From Gammaproteobacteria bacterium 54_18_T64 (GTDB lineage: Bacteria; Pseudomonadota; Gammaproteobacteria; Pseudomonadales; Porticoccaceae), in contig MAAU01000011.1 in NCBI GenBank assembly GCA_002162825.1, positions 27,573 through 91,572 on the forward strand: DNA of 64,000 nt, in the 5' to 3' direction. A program made the position numbers and the translations under genes. How positions within the stretch are numbered: the first letter of the stretch is position 1; every line of letters starts with the position of its first letter. This document shows, piece by piece, positions 35,899 through 45,538 of this stretch. The notes beneath the pieces are model-generated. The model did not search any database, had not been told where the DNA came from, and worked only from the letters and a program-made list of their open reading frames with translations.

Positions 35899-37947
35899 TT
35901 AACTTTCCTTTTTAGCGAGGGCTAAGGCAGAGCTTGCTTCACTCGAGACAGTATTCGCGGACTGTTTAACACTCAAACGGGCCTTGCGATAACGCTTGTC
36001 AAAGGCTGCTATCACCCCACCCAGGGCTATCATCAAGGCACCCAGCCAAATCCAGCGTATATAGGGTTTGACATAAACCCGCACCGACCATGCACCGTCG
36101 CCGAGGGGCTCACCGAGGGCCACATAGAGGTCTCGAAACAGGCCACCGTCGATATCGGCCTCTGTCATCGTATTGCCGGTGGCCAGATAGCGCCTTTTTT
36201 CGGGCCACAGGCGGGTAAAGGGCTCACGTTCAGACTTTAACTCGGCCCCCTGCCCATCGTCCTCACTGACAGCAAAGACATCAAAGCGGCCCCTTTGCGC
36301 AATATAATTGGGGCCACGAATTTGTTCGACGCTGTGGAAAGCAAAGCTATAGCCCGCCACCTCAATGTGCTCCCCGGCGACCAACCTGACATCGCGCTGA
36401 TCACTGTAATTACTGGTTAGGGTAATACCAATGGCGAGTACGGCAATGCCCAGGTGGGCGATCACCATGCCCCAGTAGCTCTTGTTCAAACGGCCCAGAG
36501 CGACGCGACGCCCACGGGAGTGGCTGGTTTTTTGCCAGACATCTTGCAGGGTCAACAGCGTCAGCCACAGCGCCGCCGACAGGCCCAGCAGCGAGGCAAT
36601 CTTTAGGCTCCAACCGGCCGCTAAAAGCCAAAGCACAGCGAGTGCGGGGCTCAACAAGAGTGGCGCTTTTAATAAAGAAAACAGCCTGCCGCTGCCCTGT
36701 CGCTTCCACTGCAGGTTGGCACCGACACCCATGGCCAGCATCAGCAAAAGACCGAGGGGTACGAAGAAGAAGTTAAAGTAGGGCGGGCCAACGGAAATTT
36801 TGCCCCAGCCCAGCACATCGGCCAACAAGGGGTAAAGGGTACCCAGTAAAACCATCGCCAGCGCTACCACCAGCAAAACATTATTCAGTAATAATCCGGC
36901 CTCGCGGGACAACCAATTGAAACTAGCCGTCGCACCGAGGGTCGAACTGCGCAGGGCAAAGAGCAGCAGCGAACCACCGATCACCACTCCGAGAAAGGCC
37001 AGTATAAACACGCCACGGGTCGGGTCTGTCGCAAAGGCATGCACCGAGGTCAGCACCCCGGAGCGAACCAGAAAGGTACCGAGTAAACTCAGGGAAAAGG
37101 CGAGTATCGCCAGCAATAGGGTCCAGCTGCGAAACAGACCGCGCTTTTCCGCTACCGCCAAACTGTGGATGAGGGCCGTGCCCGCTAGCCAGGGCATTAA
37201 CGAGGCGTTTTCAACGGGGTCCCAAAACCACCAGCCACCCCAGCCCAACTCGTAGTAAGCCCACCAGCTTCCAAGGAAAATACCCACTGTCAGAAATGAC
37301 CAGGCGGCATTAGTCCAGGGGCGCGTCCAGCGTGCCCAGGCGGAATCCATGCGCCCCGCCATCAAGGCCGCAACGGCAAAGGCGAAGGCCACGGAAAACC
37401 CAACATAGCCCATGTACAACATCGGTGGATGGATAATCAGGCCGATATCCTGCAGCAGCGGATTGAGGTCTTTACCATCCATGGGAGGAAAGGGCAAAAG
37501 GCGCTCAAAGGGGTTGGAGGTGAGCAGCATAAACAGATAAAAACCGACGGATATCATGCCCATCACCGACAAAACCCGGGCCACCATATCGGCCGGCAAA
37601 CTACGACTAAACATCGCCACCGCCAGGGTCCAGCCCGCCAAAATCAGCACCCAAAGCAGCAGCGAGCCCTCGTGCGCACCCCACACGGCGCTGACCTTGT
37701 AGTAATAAGGCAGGAGGGAGTTGGAGTTATTGGCGACATAGGCAAGGGAAAAATCGTCCTGTAAAAATGCCGTCACCAGGCAAGCGAAGCTAATGGCGAC
37801 AAAGACAAATTGCCCACAACTCAGCGGCCGCGCAGTGGCGATCCACAAAGACTTATGACTGAGCGTGCCGGCCAGGGGAATGAAGGCCTGAGCGCAGGCC
37901 AGGCAAAGGGCCAAAATCAGCGCAAAGTGGCCCAGTTCGGCAATCAT
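35899..37947 (-). CDS. ccmF: cytochrome c heme lyase subunit CcmF
   Basis: 682 aa, polytopic, with WWD motif WGGWWFWDPVEN. Confidence 0.95.
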   Translation of the reverse strand: MIAELGHFALILALCLACAQAFIPLAGTLSHKSLWIATARPLSCGQFVFVAISFACLVTAFLQDDFSLAYVANNSNSLLPYYYKVSAVWGAHEGSLLLWVLILAGWTLAVAMFSRSLPADMVARVLSVMGMISVGFYLFMLLTSNPFERLLPFPPMDGKDLNPLLQDIGLIIHPPMLYMGYVGFSVAFAFAVAALMAGRMDSAWARWTRPWTNAAWSFLTVGIFLGSWWAYYELGWGGWWFWDPVENASLMPWLAGTALIHSLAVAEKRGLFRSWTLLLAILAFSLSLLGTFLVRSGVLTSVHAFATDPTRGVFILAFLGVVIGGSLLLFALRSSTLGATASFNWLSREAGLLLNNVLLVVALAMVLLGTLYPLLADVLGWGKISVGPPYFNFFFVPLGLLLMLAMGVGANLQWKRQGSGRLFSLLKAPLLLSPALAVLWLLAAGWSLKIASLLGLSAALWLTLLTLQDVWQKTSHSRGRRVALGRLNKSYWGMVIAHLGIAVLAIGITLTSNYSDQRDVRLVAGEHIEVAGYSFAFHSVEQIRGPNYIAQRGRFDVFAVSEDDGQGAELKSEREPFTRLWPEKRRYLATGNTMTEADIDGGLFRDLYVALGEPLGDGAWSVRVYVKPYIRWIWLGALMIALGGVIAAFDKRYRKARLSVKQSANTVSSEASSALALAKKES

Positions 37948-38453
37948 CAGTAGGCCGCCGCGGGTGTATTCGGCGTCTTGCTTTCAATCGGCCGAGTCGT
38001 ATTATCGGCGGCCGCCTTGGCTTTCTTATCGATGGCTTGTTGCATGGCATCGGCCACTTCCGGCGGGGTGTATTCCTCATCGTGCTTGGCCAGAACTTGC
38101 TGGGCGACAAACACCCCGCCATCCCCCAGAGCCCCGGTGGCAACGGCAGCCTCATCCTCGGCAAAGAGATCGGGCAAAATGCCCGAGTAATGAATAAGTA
38201 GCGTTGCCGAACCATCGCTGACGAGGAATGAACTGTCCAGTGAGTCCGAGGCGCGCTGTAAACTATCAACCACCACCATGCCACCGACACGGATCTGGGT
38301 ATTTGTGGGTGCCTCCCCCGCCGCCACCTGGGAGGGGGTATAAAACAAATTAATATTCTCCCGCAGAGCGTAAGTCAGCAGACCGACGACCAGCGACGCA
38401 ATCACCACAATAAACACCACCACCAATAAACGTTGCTTGCGCGCTGGCTTCAT
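37947..38453 (-). CDS. ccmE: heme chaperone CcmE
   Basis: 168 aa with a membrane anchor and the heme-binding LAKHDEEY motif. Confidence 0.95.
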   Translation of the reverse strand: MKPARKQRLLVVVFIVVIASLVVGLLTYALRENINLFYTPSQVAAGEAPTNTQIRVGGMVVVDSLQRASDSLDSSFLVSDGSATLLIHYSGILPDLFAEDEAAVATGALGDGGVFVAQQVLAKHDEEYTPPEVADAMQQAIDKKAKAAADNTTRPIESKTPNTPAAAY

Positions 38454-38641
38454 TTGCCCTCACCTCTCTGTTGCTGTGCCTGCACGCGTTGGCGCAATTC
38501 GGTAAATAAGGCGCGCTGGCGGCGCAGGGGCAACACTGCCAACCAGGCCATGATCGCCAAACTGACGCCATAGGCGGCCCACACATAGGGGCCGTGACCC
38601 GCCATGGCTACAAAGGCATCAAAACTTTCAAATTGAAACAT
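38450..38641 (-). CDS. ccmD: heme exporter protein CcmD
   Basis: 63 aa with a single TM segment. It lies between ccmC and ccmE and overlaps ccmE by 4 nt. Confidence 0.85.
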   Translation of the reverse strand: MFQFESFDAFVAMAGHGPYVWAAYGVSLAIMAWLAVLPLRRQRALFTELRQRVQAQQQRGEGK

Positions 38642-38693
38642 GGTTTGTTTTCTCTATCGTGCACTCAGTATCGCGTTAATCGCAGTGGCCAGA

Positions 38694-39431
38694 CTACTTG
38701 CCTGCAGCGAGTTCTTTGACCCAGTTCGTACGGCGTTCACGCTGAAGGATTTCGGTACGGGTATTGAGCAATAAGACCAGGGCATAAAAACAGTAGAAGC
38801 CGAGAATCATTACCAGTAACGGCTTAAACATATCCGGGTGCATCGATGGTGCACCCGTCAGTTTAATCGTTGCCGGCTGATGCAAGGTATACCACCAGTC
38901 CACCGACTTATAAATAATCGGGATATTTACCGTGCCCACCAGCGCTAAAATAGCGCAGGCCCGAGCGGAGGTCTCCCGCGTACTGAAGGAGCGCGACAGG
39001 GCAATAATGCCAATATAGAGAAACAACAGTACCAGCATGGAGGTGATTCTAGCATCCCAAATCCAGTAGGTGCCCCAGGTTGGCTTGCCCCAAATAGCCC
39101 CGGTGAACAGCGCTATAAAGGTCAGTGCAGCACCCAGGGGTGCGGCGGCGATCATCACCATATCGGCCAGTTTCATTTTCCAAATCATGCCGACAGCGCC
39201 CGCTGCGGCCATCACGTAATAACCCGCCAGTGCCAAAAATGACGCCGGCACATGAATGTAAATAATCCGAAAGCTATTGCCCTGCCGTGCATCCTGAGGT
39301 GCGAAGGCCAAACCCCAAACCACACCCGTGACAATTAACACCACGGAGGCCAGGGCCAGCCAGGGCAAAAATTTGCCGCTGATGTCATAGAACCAGCGCG
39401 GCGAACCCAATTTGTGAAACCACTGCCACAT
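38694..39431 (-). CDS. ccmC: heme exporter protein CcmC
   Basis: 245 aa with WWD motif WGTYWIWDARIT. Confidence 0.95.
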   Translation of the reverse strand: MWQWFHKLGSPRWFYDISGKFLPWLALASVVLIVTGVVWGLAFAPQDARQGNSFRIIYIHVPASFLALAGYYVMAAAGAVGMIWKMKLADMVMIAAAPLGAALTFIALFTGAIWGKPTWGTYWIWDARITSMLVLLFLYIGIIALSRSFSTRETSARACAILALVGTVNIPIIYKSVDWWYTLHQPATIKLTGAPSMHPDMFKPLLVMILGFYCFYALVLLLNTRTEILQRERRTNWVKELAAGK

Positions 39432-39470
39432 AGATAATTACCTGAAGAGACGACTCGGCCATTACGCCCC

Positions 39471-40151
39471 TTAGCCGTTAATACCCACTTTAAGTGCTCC
39501 GGCTGCCGCAAAGGGCGCCAGTAATAAGCTGAAGGCCGTTACCGCCGCCAACATCGCCATCACGCCGCCGTAGTTCATCCCGTCGACCGCCCGCTGCACG
39601 GCACTGGTGCCAAAAATCAATACCGGCACATAGAGCGGCATCACCAGCAGCGACAGTAAAACACTGCCCTTGTGCAGAGCCACAGTGAGGGCCGCACCGA
39701 CGGCACCCATCAAGCTAAACATCGCCGTACCCAGTACCAGCCCCAGTAGCAGAGGTAGAAAACCCGCTTGAGGCAGTGACAACATCAAGCCCAGCAGGGG
39801 CGAAAAAAGCACCACGGGCAAACCGGTAACCAGCCAGTGGGCGATGATCTTCGCCAACACCAGCAACCACAGGGGCTGTGGGCTGAGCATCAACTGCACC
39901 AGGGAGCCATCGTCAAAATCGGCCTGAAACAAATTGTCGAGGGCCAACAAGGTCGCCAACAAGGCGCTTATCCAGATCATACCCGGGGCTATGGCCGCCA
40001 GGCGGGCCGGTTCCGGGCTGATACCCAGCGGTACCAATGTCACCACAATCAGGAAAAAAAACAGCGGATTGAGTAGATCGCCACGGTGACGCATGGCGAT
40101 GGCGAGGTCGCGTTGAATAACCGCAAAAAAAGCACCGCTGAGACTCGTCAC
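39471..40151 (-). CDS. ccmB: heme exporter permease CcmB
   Basis: 226 aa, polytopic, adjacent to ccmA. Confidence 0.92.
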   Translation of the reverse strand: MTSLSGAFFAVIQRDLAIAMRHRGDLLNPLFFFLIVVTLVPLGISPEPARLAAIAPGMIWISALLATLLALDNLFQADFDDGSLVQLMLSPQPLWLLVLAKIIAHWLVTGLPVVLFSPLLGLMLSLPQAGFLPLLLGLVLGTAMFSLMGAVGAALTVALHKGSVLLSLLVMPLYVPVLIFGTSAVQRAVDGMNYGGVMAMLAAVTAFSLLLAPFAAAGALKVGING

Positions 40152-40790
40152 CTAGTGCGCCGCCTCGGCCATGGCATCCAGCGCCAGTGTGCGCACTGCC
40201 CGGTTCACCAATGGCTGATGGCTGCTCAATACCACGGCCCCACCCTTGGCAACGTGTTCCAGTAACAGCGCCTCCAGGTCGGCAATACCCTCGACATCCA
40301 GTGCCGTCAGTGGCTCATCGAGCAGCCACAGTTTGGCCTCTGTCATACATAAGGTTGCCAACGCCGCGCGACGTAACTGACCGGCAGACAGGGTATAACT
40401 GGGCACATCTTCAAAACCTGCCAGGCCGATACGGGCCAGTGCCTCACCGCTACTGCAGCGTGAGAGCGGTTGTAATTGACTTAACCAGCGGAGGTTTTCG
40501 CGGGGGGTGAGGGACAGTTTGAGACCGGTTTGATGGCCAACAAAGGTCATAGCGGCTAGATACTCTTGTCGACAACGACTAATGTCCCTGCCCTGCCAAT
40601 GTAGACTGCCAGTTGTCGGTGCCTGAATGGTCGCCAAAATATGCAGAAGGGTGGTTTTACCACAGCCATTGGGGCCGCTAATTTGCAGGATTTCACCCGC
40701 CTTAAGTTCACCGCACAGGTCACTGAACAAAGGCCAGTCATCCCGTTCGAAAGTCAGCGCTCGAAACTCCAGCAGTGGTTGCGATGACAA
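40152..40790 (-). CDS. ccmA: heme exporter ATP-binding protein CcmA
   Basis: 212 aa with a TTG start. Walker A GPNGCGKTT, ABC signature LSAGQLRR, Walker B LWLLDEP. Confidence 0.92.
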   Translation of the reverse strand: MSSQPLLEFRALTFERDDWPLFSDLCGELKAGEILQISGPNGCGKTTLLHILATIQAPTTGSLHWQGRDISRCRQEYLAAMTFVGHQTGLKLSLTPRENLRWLSQLQPLSRCSSGEALARIGLAGFEDVPSYTLSAGQLRRAALATLCMTEAKLWLLDEPLTALDVEGIADLEALLLEHVAKGGAVVLSSHQPLVNRAVRTLALDAMAEAAH

Positions 40791-40889
40791 ACGCTAGCCC
40801 CCTCAAAAATGAAGGGCGCATTATGCCCCAAAAGCGTCCGCTGTGCAGGCTGCTTAGGGAGCCTTAGTTATCATCGAGAGCGCTTATTC

Positions 40890-41090
40890 CTACTCATAAT
40901 CGGCGATTTGTCGCTCCAGGCGGCGCTCTTCTAATTTCTCTTCGAGACGCCTTCGCTGCGCACTGGAAACACTGACAGCCTGCTTGTCGTCACGGGGTTT
41001 ATCGAGTTCGCCACGCGGCTCACTGTAAGACTCTTCCAGCCCATCAAAATCATCGTCACCCATACCGGAATCTCCCAACCTCGATACCAT
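40890..41090 (-). CDS. small acidic protein with a basic coiled C-terminus (tentatively like the PA3496-type small proteins of gammaproteobacteria)
   Basis: 66 aa from the ATG at 41090 (MVSRLGDSGMGDDDFDGLEE...AQRRRLEEKLEERRLERQIADYE). The longer 106-aa track ORF starts at a TTG. No clear SD. The family assignment is from memory only. Confidence 0.35.
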   Translation of the reverse strand: MVSRLGDSGMGDDDFDGLEESYSEPRGELDKPRDDKQAVSVSSAQRRRLEEKLEERRLERQIADYE

Positions 41091-41269
41091 TGAATGGAAA
41101 CGTCGTTTGCTGAACCTGTGCTTGCCAAAATCCCTGTAAAACGAGGTGAGGCCACAAAGTACGTCAAAGACTGGCGCAAGAACTACTGTATAGAAGAGCC
41201 AGTTAGGCAAAAAATAGGCCTATAAACTCAGGCCGTCAAGGAAGTTAAACCGATAAAAAGAACTACTCC

Positions 41270-41917
41270 TCATAAGCTATTTTGTTGTGGGGCCAAGCCA
41301 TTGAGATGAACCAGGTCCTCGGGGCGGTCAATATCGTTTAACACGGGTAGTACATGACACGACATCTTCAAGGACGCCAATCTAGCTTGTGTCTGCCCCA
41401 ACACTCGGCAGGTGCTCCACTCCACACCCTCAAACACTCTCGGCTCGGCTCTCTTCATGGCGATCAAGACATAGCCGCCGTCTGCGGCCGGCCCGAGTAC
41501 AACATCAACACTTTCTAGAGCCAGTAAAGCCTGGCGCAAATAGTTGCCATTGATGGCCGGACAATCACTGCCAATCAAGACCACTGCTCGCCAGCGCTTT
41601 AGACCACTGGCAATGGCGAAGTGCATGCGTTCACCCAGGTCAACGCCCTGCTGACATTGAATATCGGGCGGGGGCAGCAGGCTTTTAAAAAAATCAGCGC
41701 GATCTTCGCCACTGGTCCACAACTGGCTCTGGCAGAGAGCGTCGCGGTGCAGTGTTTGGTGGGTATGCCGCACTAAGTCGCAGTGTAGTGCCAAGCTTTG
41801 CGCAACGCTCAGCACCGGCTGCATGCGAGTTTTAACCTGGCCCAGGAGCGGAGCCTTGGCAAACTGAACCAGCAGAGCCAGGGGGAATTCATAGTTTAAA
41901 GCGCTGACCCTCTCCAT
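41270..41917 (-). CDS. DUF2064/TIGR04282-type transferase (rSAM/selenodomain-associated transferase 1)
   Basis: 215 aa. Contains FAKAPLLGQVKTRMQP, DLGERM, LIGSDCP, GPAADGGYVLI and VEWST. Confidence 0.82.
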   Translation of the reverse strand: MERVSALNYEFPLALLVQFAKAPLLGQVKTRMQPVLSVAQSLALHCDLVRHTHQTLHRDALCQSQLWTSGEDRADFFKSLLPPPDIQCQQGVDLGERMHFAIASGLKRWRAVVLIGSDCPAINGNYLRQALLALESVDVVLGPAADGGYVLIAMKRAEPRVFEGVEWSTCRVLGQTQARLASLKMSCHVLPVLNDIDRPEDLVHLNGLAPQQNSL

Positions 41918-41930
41918 GAAGATTTACGAT

Positions 41931-42665
41931 TCAAGATTCTTCGGGAGGATAATAGCGCTGTTCGAGATCCTTGGATGAAACGCCGAAAAAATAAGCCAGG
42001 CGCAGACGCCACATCAAAAAAATGGTCGACCAAACACCATCTCGCTGCCATTTGCGACCCGAGGTCTCCGCCTTGGCATTGACAAACAGAGGGCGGGATT
42101 GTCGTTTCAGGCGCTTGCTCAGCTCAATATCTTCCATCAAAGGAATATCGGCAAAGCCTCCAATTTTCTCAAATACTTCGCGCTTAACAAACTGGCATTG
42201 ATCACCGGTGCTAATGCTGGTCAAGAAGGATCGGCGATTCATCAACCACTGAACGACTCGCAGTAGCGCAGGCGCGCCTCGGACTTTAATACCAAAAAAG
42301 CCCCACACCGAAGGCGTAAAGCCCCACACCAGCATGATATCTGGCAGGTTAATGGGCAGTCGGGTGTCGGCGTGGAGGAAGAGTAACCACTCCCGGTCGG
42401 CCAGAGCGGCACCGGCATTCATTTGTCGCGCTCGGCCCTTGTCACTAGTAATCACCTGATCGGCAAGCGGTGTCGCCACGGCGACGGTATCATCATCACT
42501 GCCGCCATCAACGACGATGAGCTGAACGCCCTGCTTTCTCAGCGCCTGCAAACGCCTTAGGCAGGGGTATATCTCATCCGCCTCATTGAGTACGGGAATC
42601 ACTATCGAAAGTGGTAATAATTCACTCTCTTCACTTTGTTTGTCGCCCAACGCAGTCTTAGCCAT
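41931..42665 (-). CDS. GT2-family TIGR04283-type transferase (rSAM/selenodomain-associated transferase 2)
   Basis: 244 aa from the ATG at 42665, with GAGGAA SD inside the arsS 3' end. Contains LSIVIPVLNEADEI, LIVVDGGSDDDT, KGRARQMNAGA and LLFLHADT. Confidence 0.82.
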   Translation of the reverse strand: MAKTALGDKQSEESELLPLSIVIPVLNEADEIYPCLRRLQALRKQGVQLIVVDGGSDDDTVAVATPLADQVITSDKGRARQMNAGAALADREWLLFLHADTRLPINLPDIMLVWGFTPSVWGFFGIKVRGAPALLRVVQWLMNRRSFLTSISTGDQCQFVKREVFEKIGGFADIPLMEDIELSKRLKRQSRPLFVNAKAETSGRKWQRDGVWSTIFLMWRLRLAYFFGVSSKDLEQRYYPPEES

Positions 42666-42672
42666 ACTTGAT

Positions 42673-43677
42673 TTATTCCTCAACTAAAGATCCCCCGCAA
42701 CTACTACCCTGCCCCGCTGCGCAGGCGTAACAGTGCTCGCCAACGACAATTTCCTGACCTGAAAAATCGCTTTCGAGTAAGTCCCGCAAATGGGCTTGCG
42801 GCCTGTCGCGAGCAATCACACTTTGTCGCCCTTTAGCCTTGCTATTGCCCCTGTTAATCGCTAGCTCCAACATCTGATTAAAATCACAATCATAGAGATG
42901 GCCCTGCCAGTCGACACTGAGTAAACGCCGGCACATCAATGTCGGTAAATTCTCGACACTGTAATTATCTTTTAACAATTGCATATAAGCGCAGTACTCA
43001 CCCTTGGCCAGCAACATGGCGCCATAGCGTTTAATCGGCATATTGGTAATGGTAAAAAGCTGGTCGAATTGCAGACCGAAATCTTGCTGTAAATGGGCCT
43101 TGTACTCTAGCTCAAGCGCCCCTTGAGGCGGTGGTAAAAAGGTGCCATTGGGGTTGTACACCAGGTTTAATTTGAGCCCTTCACCCCGGCCATAACCCAA
43201 GGCGTTCAACTTTTTCAAGGCTGCGATACTGCGTTCAAAAACACCCTTACCCCGTTGTTCTGCGACATTTTGTGGCGCGTAACAGGGCAGCGAGGCAATA
43301 ATCTCCACGCCCTGTTCGGCCAGGAATGCAGCCAGGTCTTCGTAACCGGGCTCTAACAATATCGTTAAGTTGCAGCGGTCTATAACCGTGACCCCAAGCC
43401 CCCGGGCCCGCTCGACAAGGTAGCGAAAGTGGGGGTTCATCTCCGGCGCACCGCCGGTCAAATCGAGGGTCTTGAAATTGCGCTGCTGCAGTACCTCAAG
43501 TACCAGCTCTACCTGCTCGCGAGCCATTAATTCCGTGCGTTTAGGGCCGGCATTCACGTGACAGTGGGTACAGCTTAAATTGCAAAGATAACCAAGATTG
43601 ACCTGCAGTGTCTCCGGAACTTCGCGCTGCATTGCAGGGAAATCGCTGTCTAATAGTAGGGGGCGAGTATCATGCAC
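42673..43677 (-). CDS. arsS: radical SAM / Cys-rich-domain protein ArsS (TIGR04167 type)
   Basis: 334 aa with a GTG start. Radical SAM motif CNLSCTHCHV. C-terminal Cys-rich tail CYACAAGQGSSCGG. No in-frame TGA. Confidence 0.85.
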   Translation of the reverse strand: MHDTRPLLLDSDFPAMQREVPETLQVNLGYLCNLSCTHCHVNAGPKRTELMAREQVELVLEVLQQRNFKTLDLTGGAPEMNPHFRYLVERARGLGVTVIDRCNLTILLEPGYEDLAAFLAEQGVEIIASLPCYAPQNVAEQRGKGVFERSIAALKKLNALGYGRGEGLKLNLVYNPNGTFLPPPQGALELEYKAHLQQDFGLQFDQLFTITNMPIKRYGAMLLAKGEYCAYMQLLKDNYSVENLPTLMCRRLLSVDWQGHLYDCDFNQMLELAINRGNSKAKGRQSVIARDRPQAHLRDLLESDFSGQEIVVGEHCYACAAGQGSSCGGSLVEE

Positions 43678-43764
43678 GGTAGTTAGCTTCCCAGAGTTTT
43701 TTCAAGCGATGGCACACCATGAGGTCAACAGTAGTGTAAGCCAATAGCGGCGGGTAAAATAAGC

Positions 43765-44376
43765 CTAGCGACGACTTTCCCTGACGGGGCGAAAGGATTG
43801 TCGGTGTACGGGGCTGGGGCCCAGTGTCTGCAACGCGGCGAGGTGCTGGGCGGTGCCGTAACCCTTGTGGGCCGCAAAACCATAACCCGGGTAAATCCCG
43901 TCCAACTCAAGCAATTCGGCATCGCGGGTGACTTTGGCAATGATCGACGCGGCACTGATGGCCGCAATCCGGCCATCGCCACCAACCACCGCCTGAGCGC
44001 TGTATTCCCACGTGGGCAGCCGATTGCCATCGACCAGCACCAGCTCCGGAATCAGAGGCAGGGCATCGACGGCTCTCACCATGGCGAGCATGGTCGCCTG
44101 CAGAATATTGATTTCATCAATTTCGGCCACACTGGCGCGCCCCAGCGCCCAGTGCAGGGCTTTTTCTTTAATCTCGTGATACAGGCTCTGGCGACGCTTC
44201 TCCGTCAGTTTTTTGGAATCGGCCAAACCGGCAATGGGCCGTTCGGGGTCGAGTATCACTGCGGCGGTGACCACATCGCCCGCCAGTGGACCGCGACCCA
44301 CCTCGTCGACACCGGCGAGCAGGCGTATGCCTGCCCAGCACGGGTCTATCTGTACTTGTCGGGCATTTGAAGCCAT
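43765..44376 (-). CDS. rnhB: ribonuclease HII
   Basis: 203 aa. Contains [15 protein letters not shown] and DSKKL. Confidence 0.95.
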   Translation of the reverse strand: MASNARQVQIDPCWAGIRLLAGVDEVGRGPLAGDVVTAAVILDPERPIAGLADSKKLTEKRRQSLYHEIKEKALHWALGRASVAEIDEINILQATMLAMVRAVDALPLIPELVLVDGNRLPTWEYSAQAVVGGDGRIAAISAASIIAKVTRDAELLELDGIYPGYGFAAHKGYGTAQHLAALQTLGPSPVHRQSFRPVRESRR

Positions 44377-45536
44377 CAGTCACTCCTCCCCTGCACTGTG
44401 ATTACGGACAGTACCGCCGCAGCCGCTTTCTCATTGCCATTACATTGTATTTGCCGGTGTATCGCGGTGAAGTCACTGCGCAGCTGGACGGCCAACGTCG
44501 AATCACCGAGTCGTGCCAATAAGAGTTCGGCAAGGGTTTCGGCAGTGGCAGCATCCTGAAGGACTTCGGGTACCAGTTCTCGACCCGCCAGTAAATTGGG
44601 CAGGGAAACATAGGGCACTTTCAGCATTCTTGAAATGATGGCATGGGTCAGCCAGCCGGTTTTATAACTGACCACCATGGGTTTCTTCAACAGCATCGCC
44701 TCGAGAGCCGTAGTTCCGGAGGCGAGCAAAACCACATCAGCAGCCTCCATGGCCAGGTGAGACTGACCGTCGAGCACCGTTACCGGCAGATCACCGGCAT
44801 TGCACAACATGGCATCAAGCTGTTGGCGTCGCGCCGGATTGGCAGCGGGCAGAACAAAGGATAAGCTAGGGTTTTGCTCGAGACAGAGACGTGCAGCATC
44901 GAGAAACAACTGGCCCAATAGCGCAACTTCGGAGTTGCGACTGCCGGGCAGCAAGGCTATAACGGGGCCATCGCGGGGCAAGTTCAGCTGCGCCCGTGCA
45001 CCGGGCGTATCGGGAGTCAGGGGCAAATCATCCGCCAGGTGGTGCCCGACAAAGGTGACAGGGACAGCGTGACGGCGATAAAAGTCCGCCTCAAAGGGCA
45101 GTAAGGTGAGCATGTGGTCGACCGCTCGGGCAATTTTTTTAATCCGCCCCTGACGCCAGGCCCAGACGGAGGGGCTGACGTAGTGCACGGTGGCAATACC
45201 AGCTTTTTTTAAACGCAGCTCAATGCCGAGATTAAAATCGGGCGCATCGATACCAATAAACACATCGGGGGGGTGGTCAATAAAGTGCTCGACCAGACCA
45301 CGGCGCATTCGCAGCAGCTCGGGCAAACGCTTTAGGGGCTCCACCAGCCCCATCACCGATAGAGTCTCCATAGGATATAGCGAGGTACAACCCAGGGCCT
45401 GCATTTTTGTGCCGGCGACGCCTTCAAAGATGGCGTCGGGGTGGGAAGTTTGTAGAGCGGCCATCAGGCCCGCGCCGAGCTGGTCGCCCGAGGCCTCCCC
45501 GACGACAAGGCCAATGCGTAGAGGATGATTAGTCAC
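44376..45536 (-). CDS. lpxB: lipid-A-disaccharide synthase
   Basis: 386 aa with N-terminus [12 protein letters not shown]. Conserved lpxA-lpxB-rnhB order. Confidence 0.95.
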   Translation of the reverse strand: MTNHPLRIGLVVGEASGDQLGAGLMAALQTSHPDAIFEGVAGTKMQALGCTSLYPMETLSVMGLVEPLKRLPELLRMRRGLVEHFIDHPPDVFIGIDAPDFNLGIELRLKKAGIATVHYVSPSVWAWRQGRIKKIARAVDHMLTLLPFEADFYRRHAVPVTFVGHHLADDLPLTPDTPGARAQLNLPRDGPVIALLPGSRNSEVALLGQLFLDAARLCLEQNPSLSFVLPAANPARRQQLDAMLCNAGDLPVTVLDGQSHLAMEAADVVLLASGTTALEAMLLKKPMVVSYKTGWLTHAIISRMLKVPYVSLPNLLAGRELVPEVLQDAATAETLAELLLARLGDSTLAVQLRSDFTAIHRQIQCNGNEKAAAAVLSVITVQGRSD

Positions 45537-45538
45537 GA

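Noticed and set aside
42673-43677. Selenocysteine recoding in arsS
   Set aside because: The reading frame is uninterrupted, with no in-frame TGA. The C-terminal domain uses cysteines only.
43798-44370. 190-aa plus-strand ORF antisense to rnhB
   Set aside because: It is a shadow ORF of a GC-rich gene with no independent signals.
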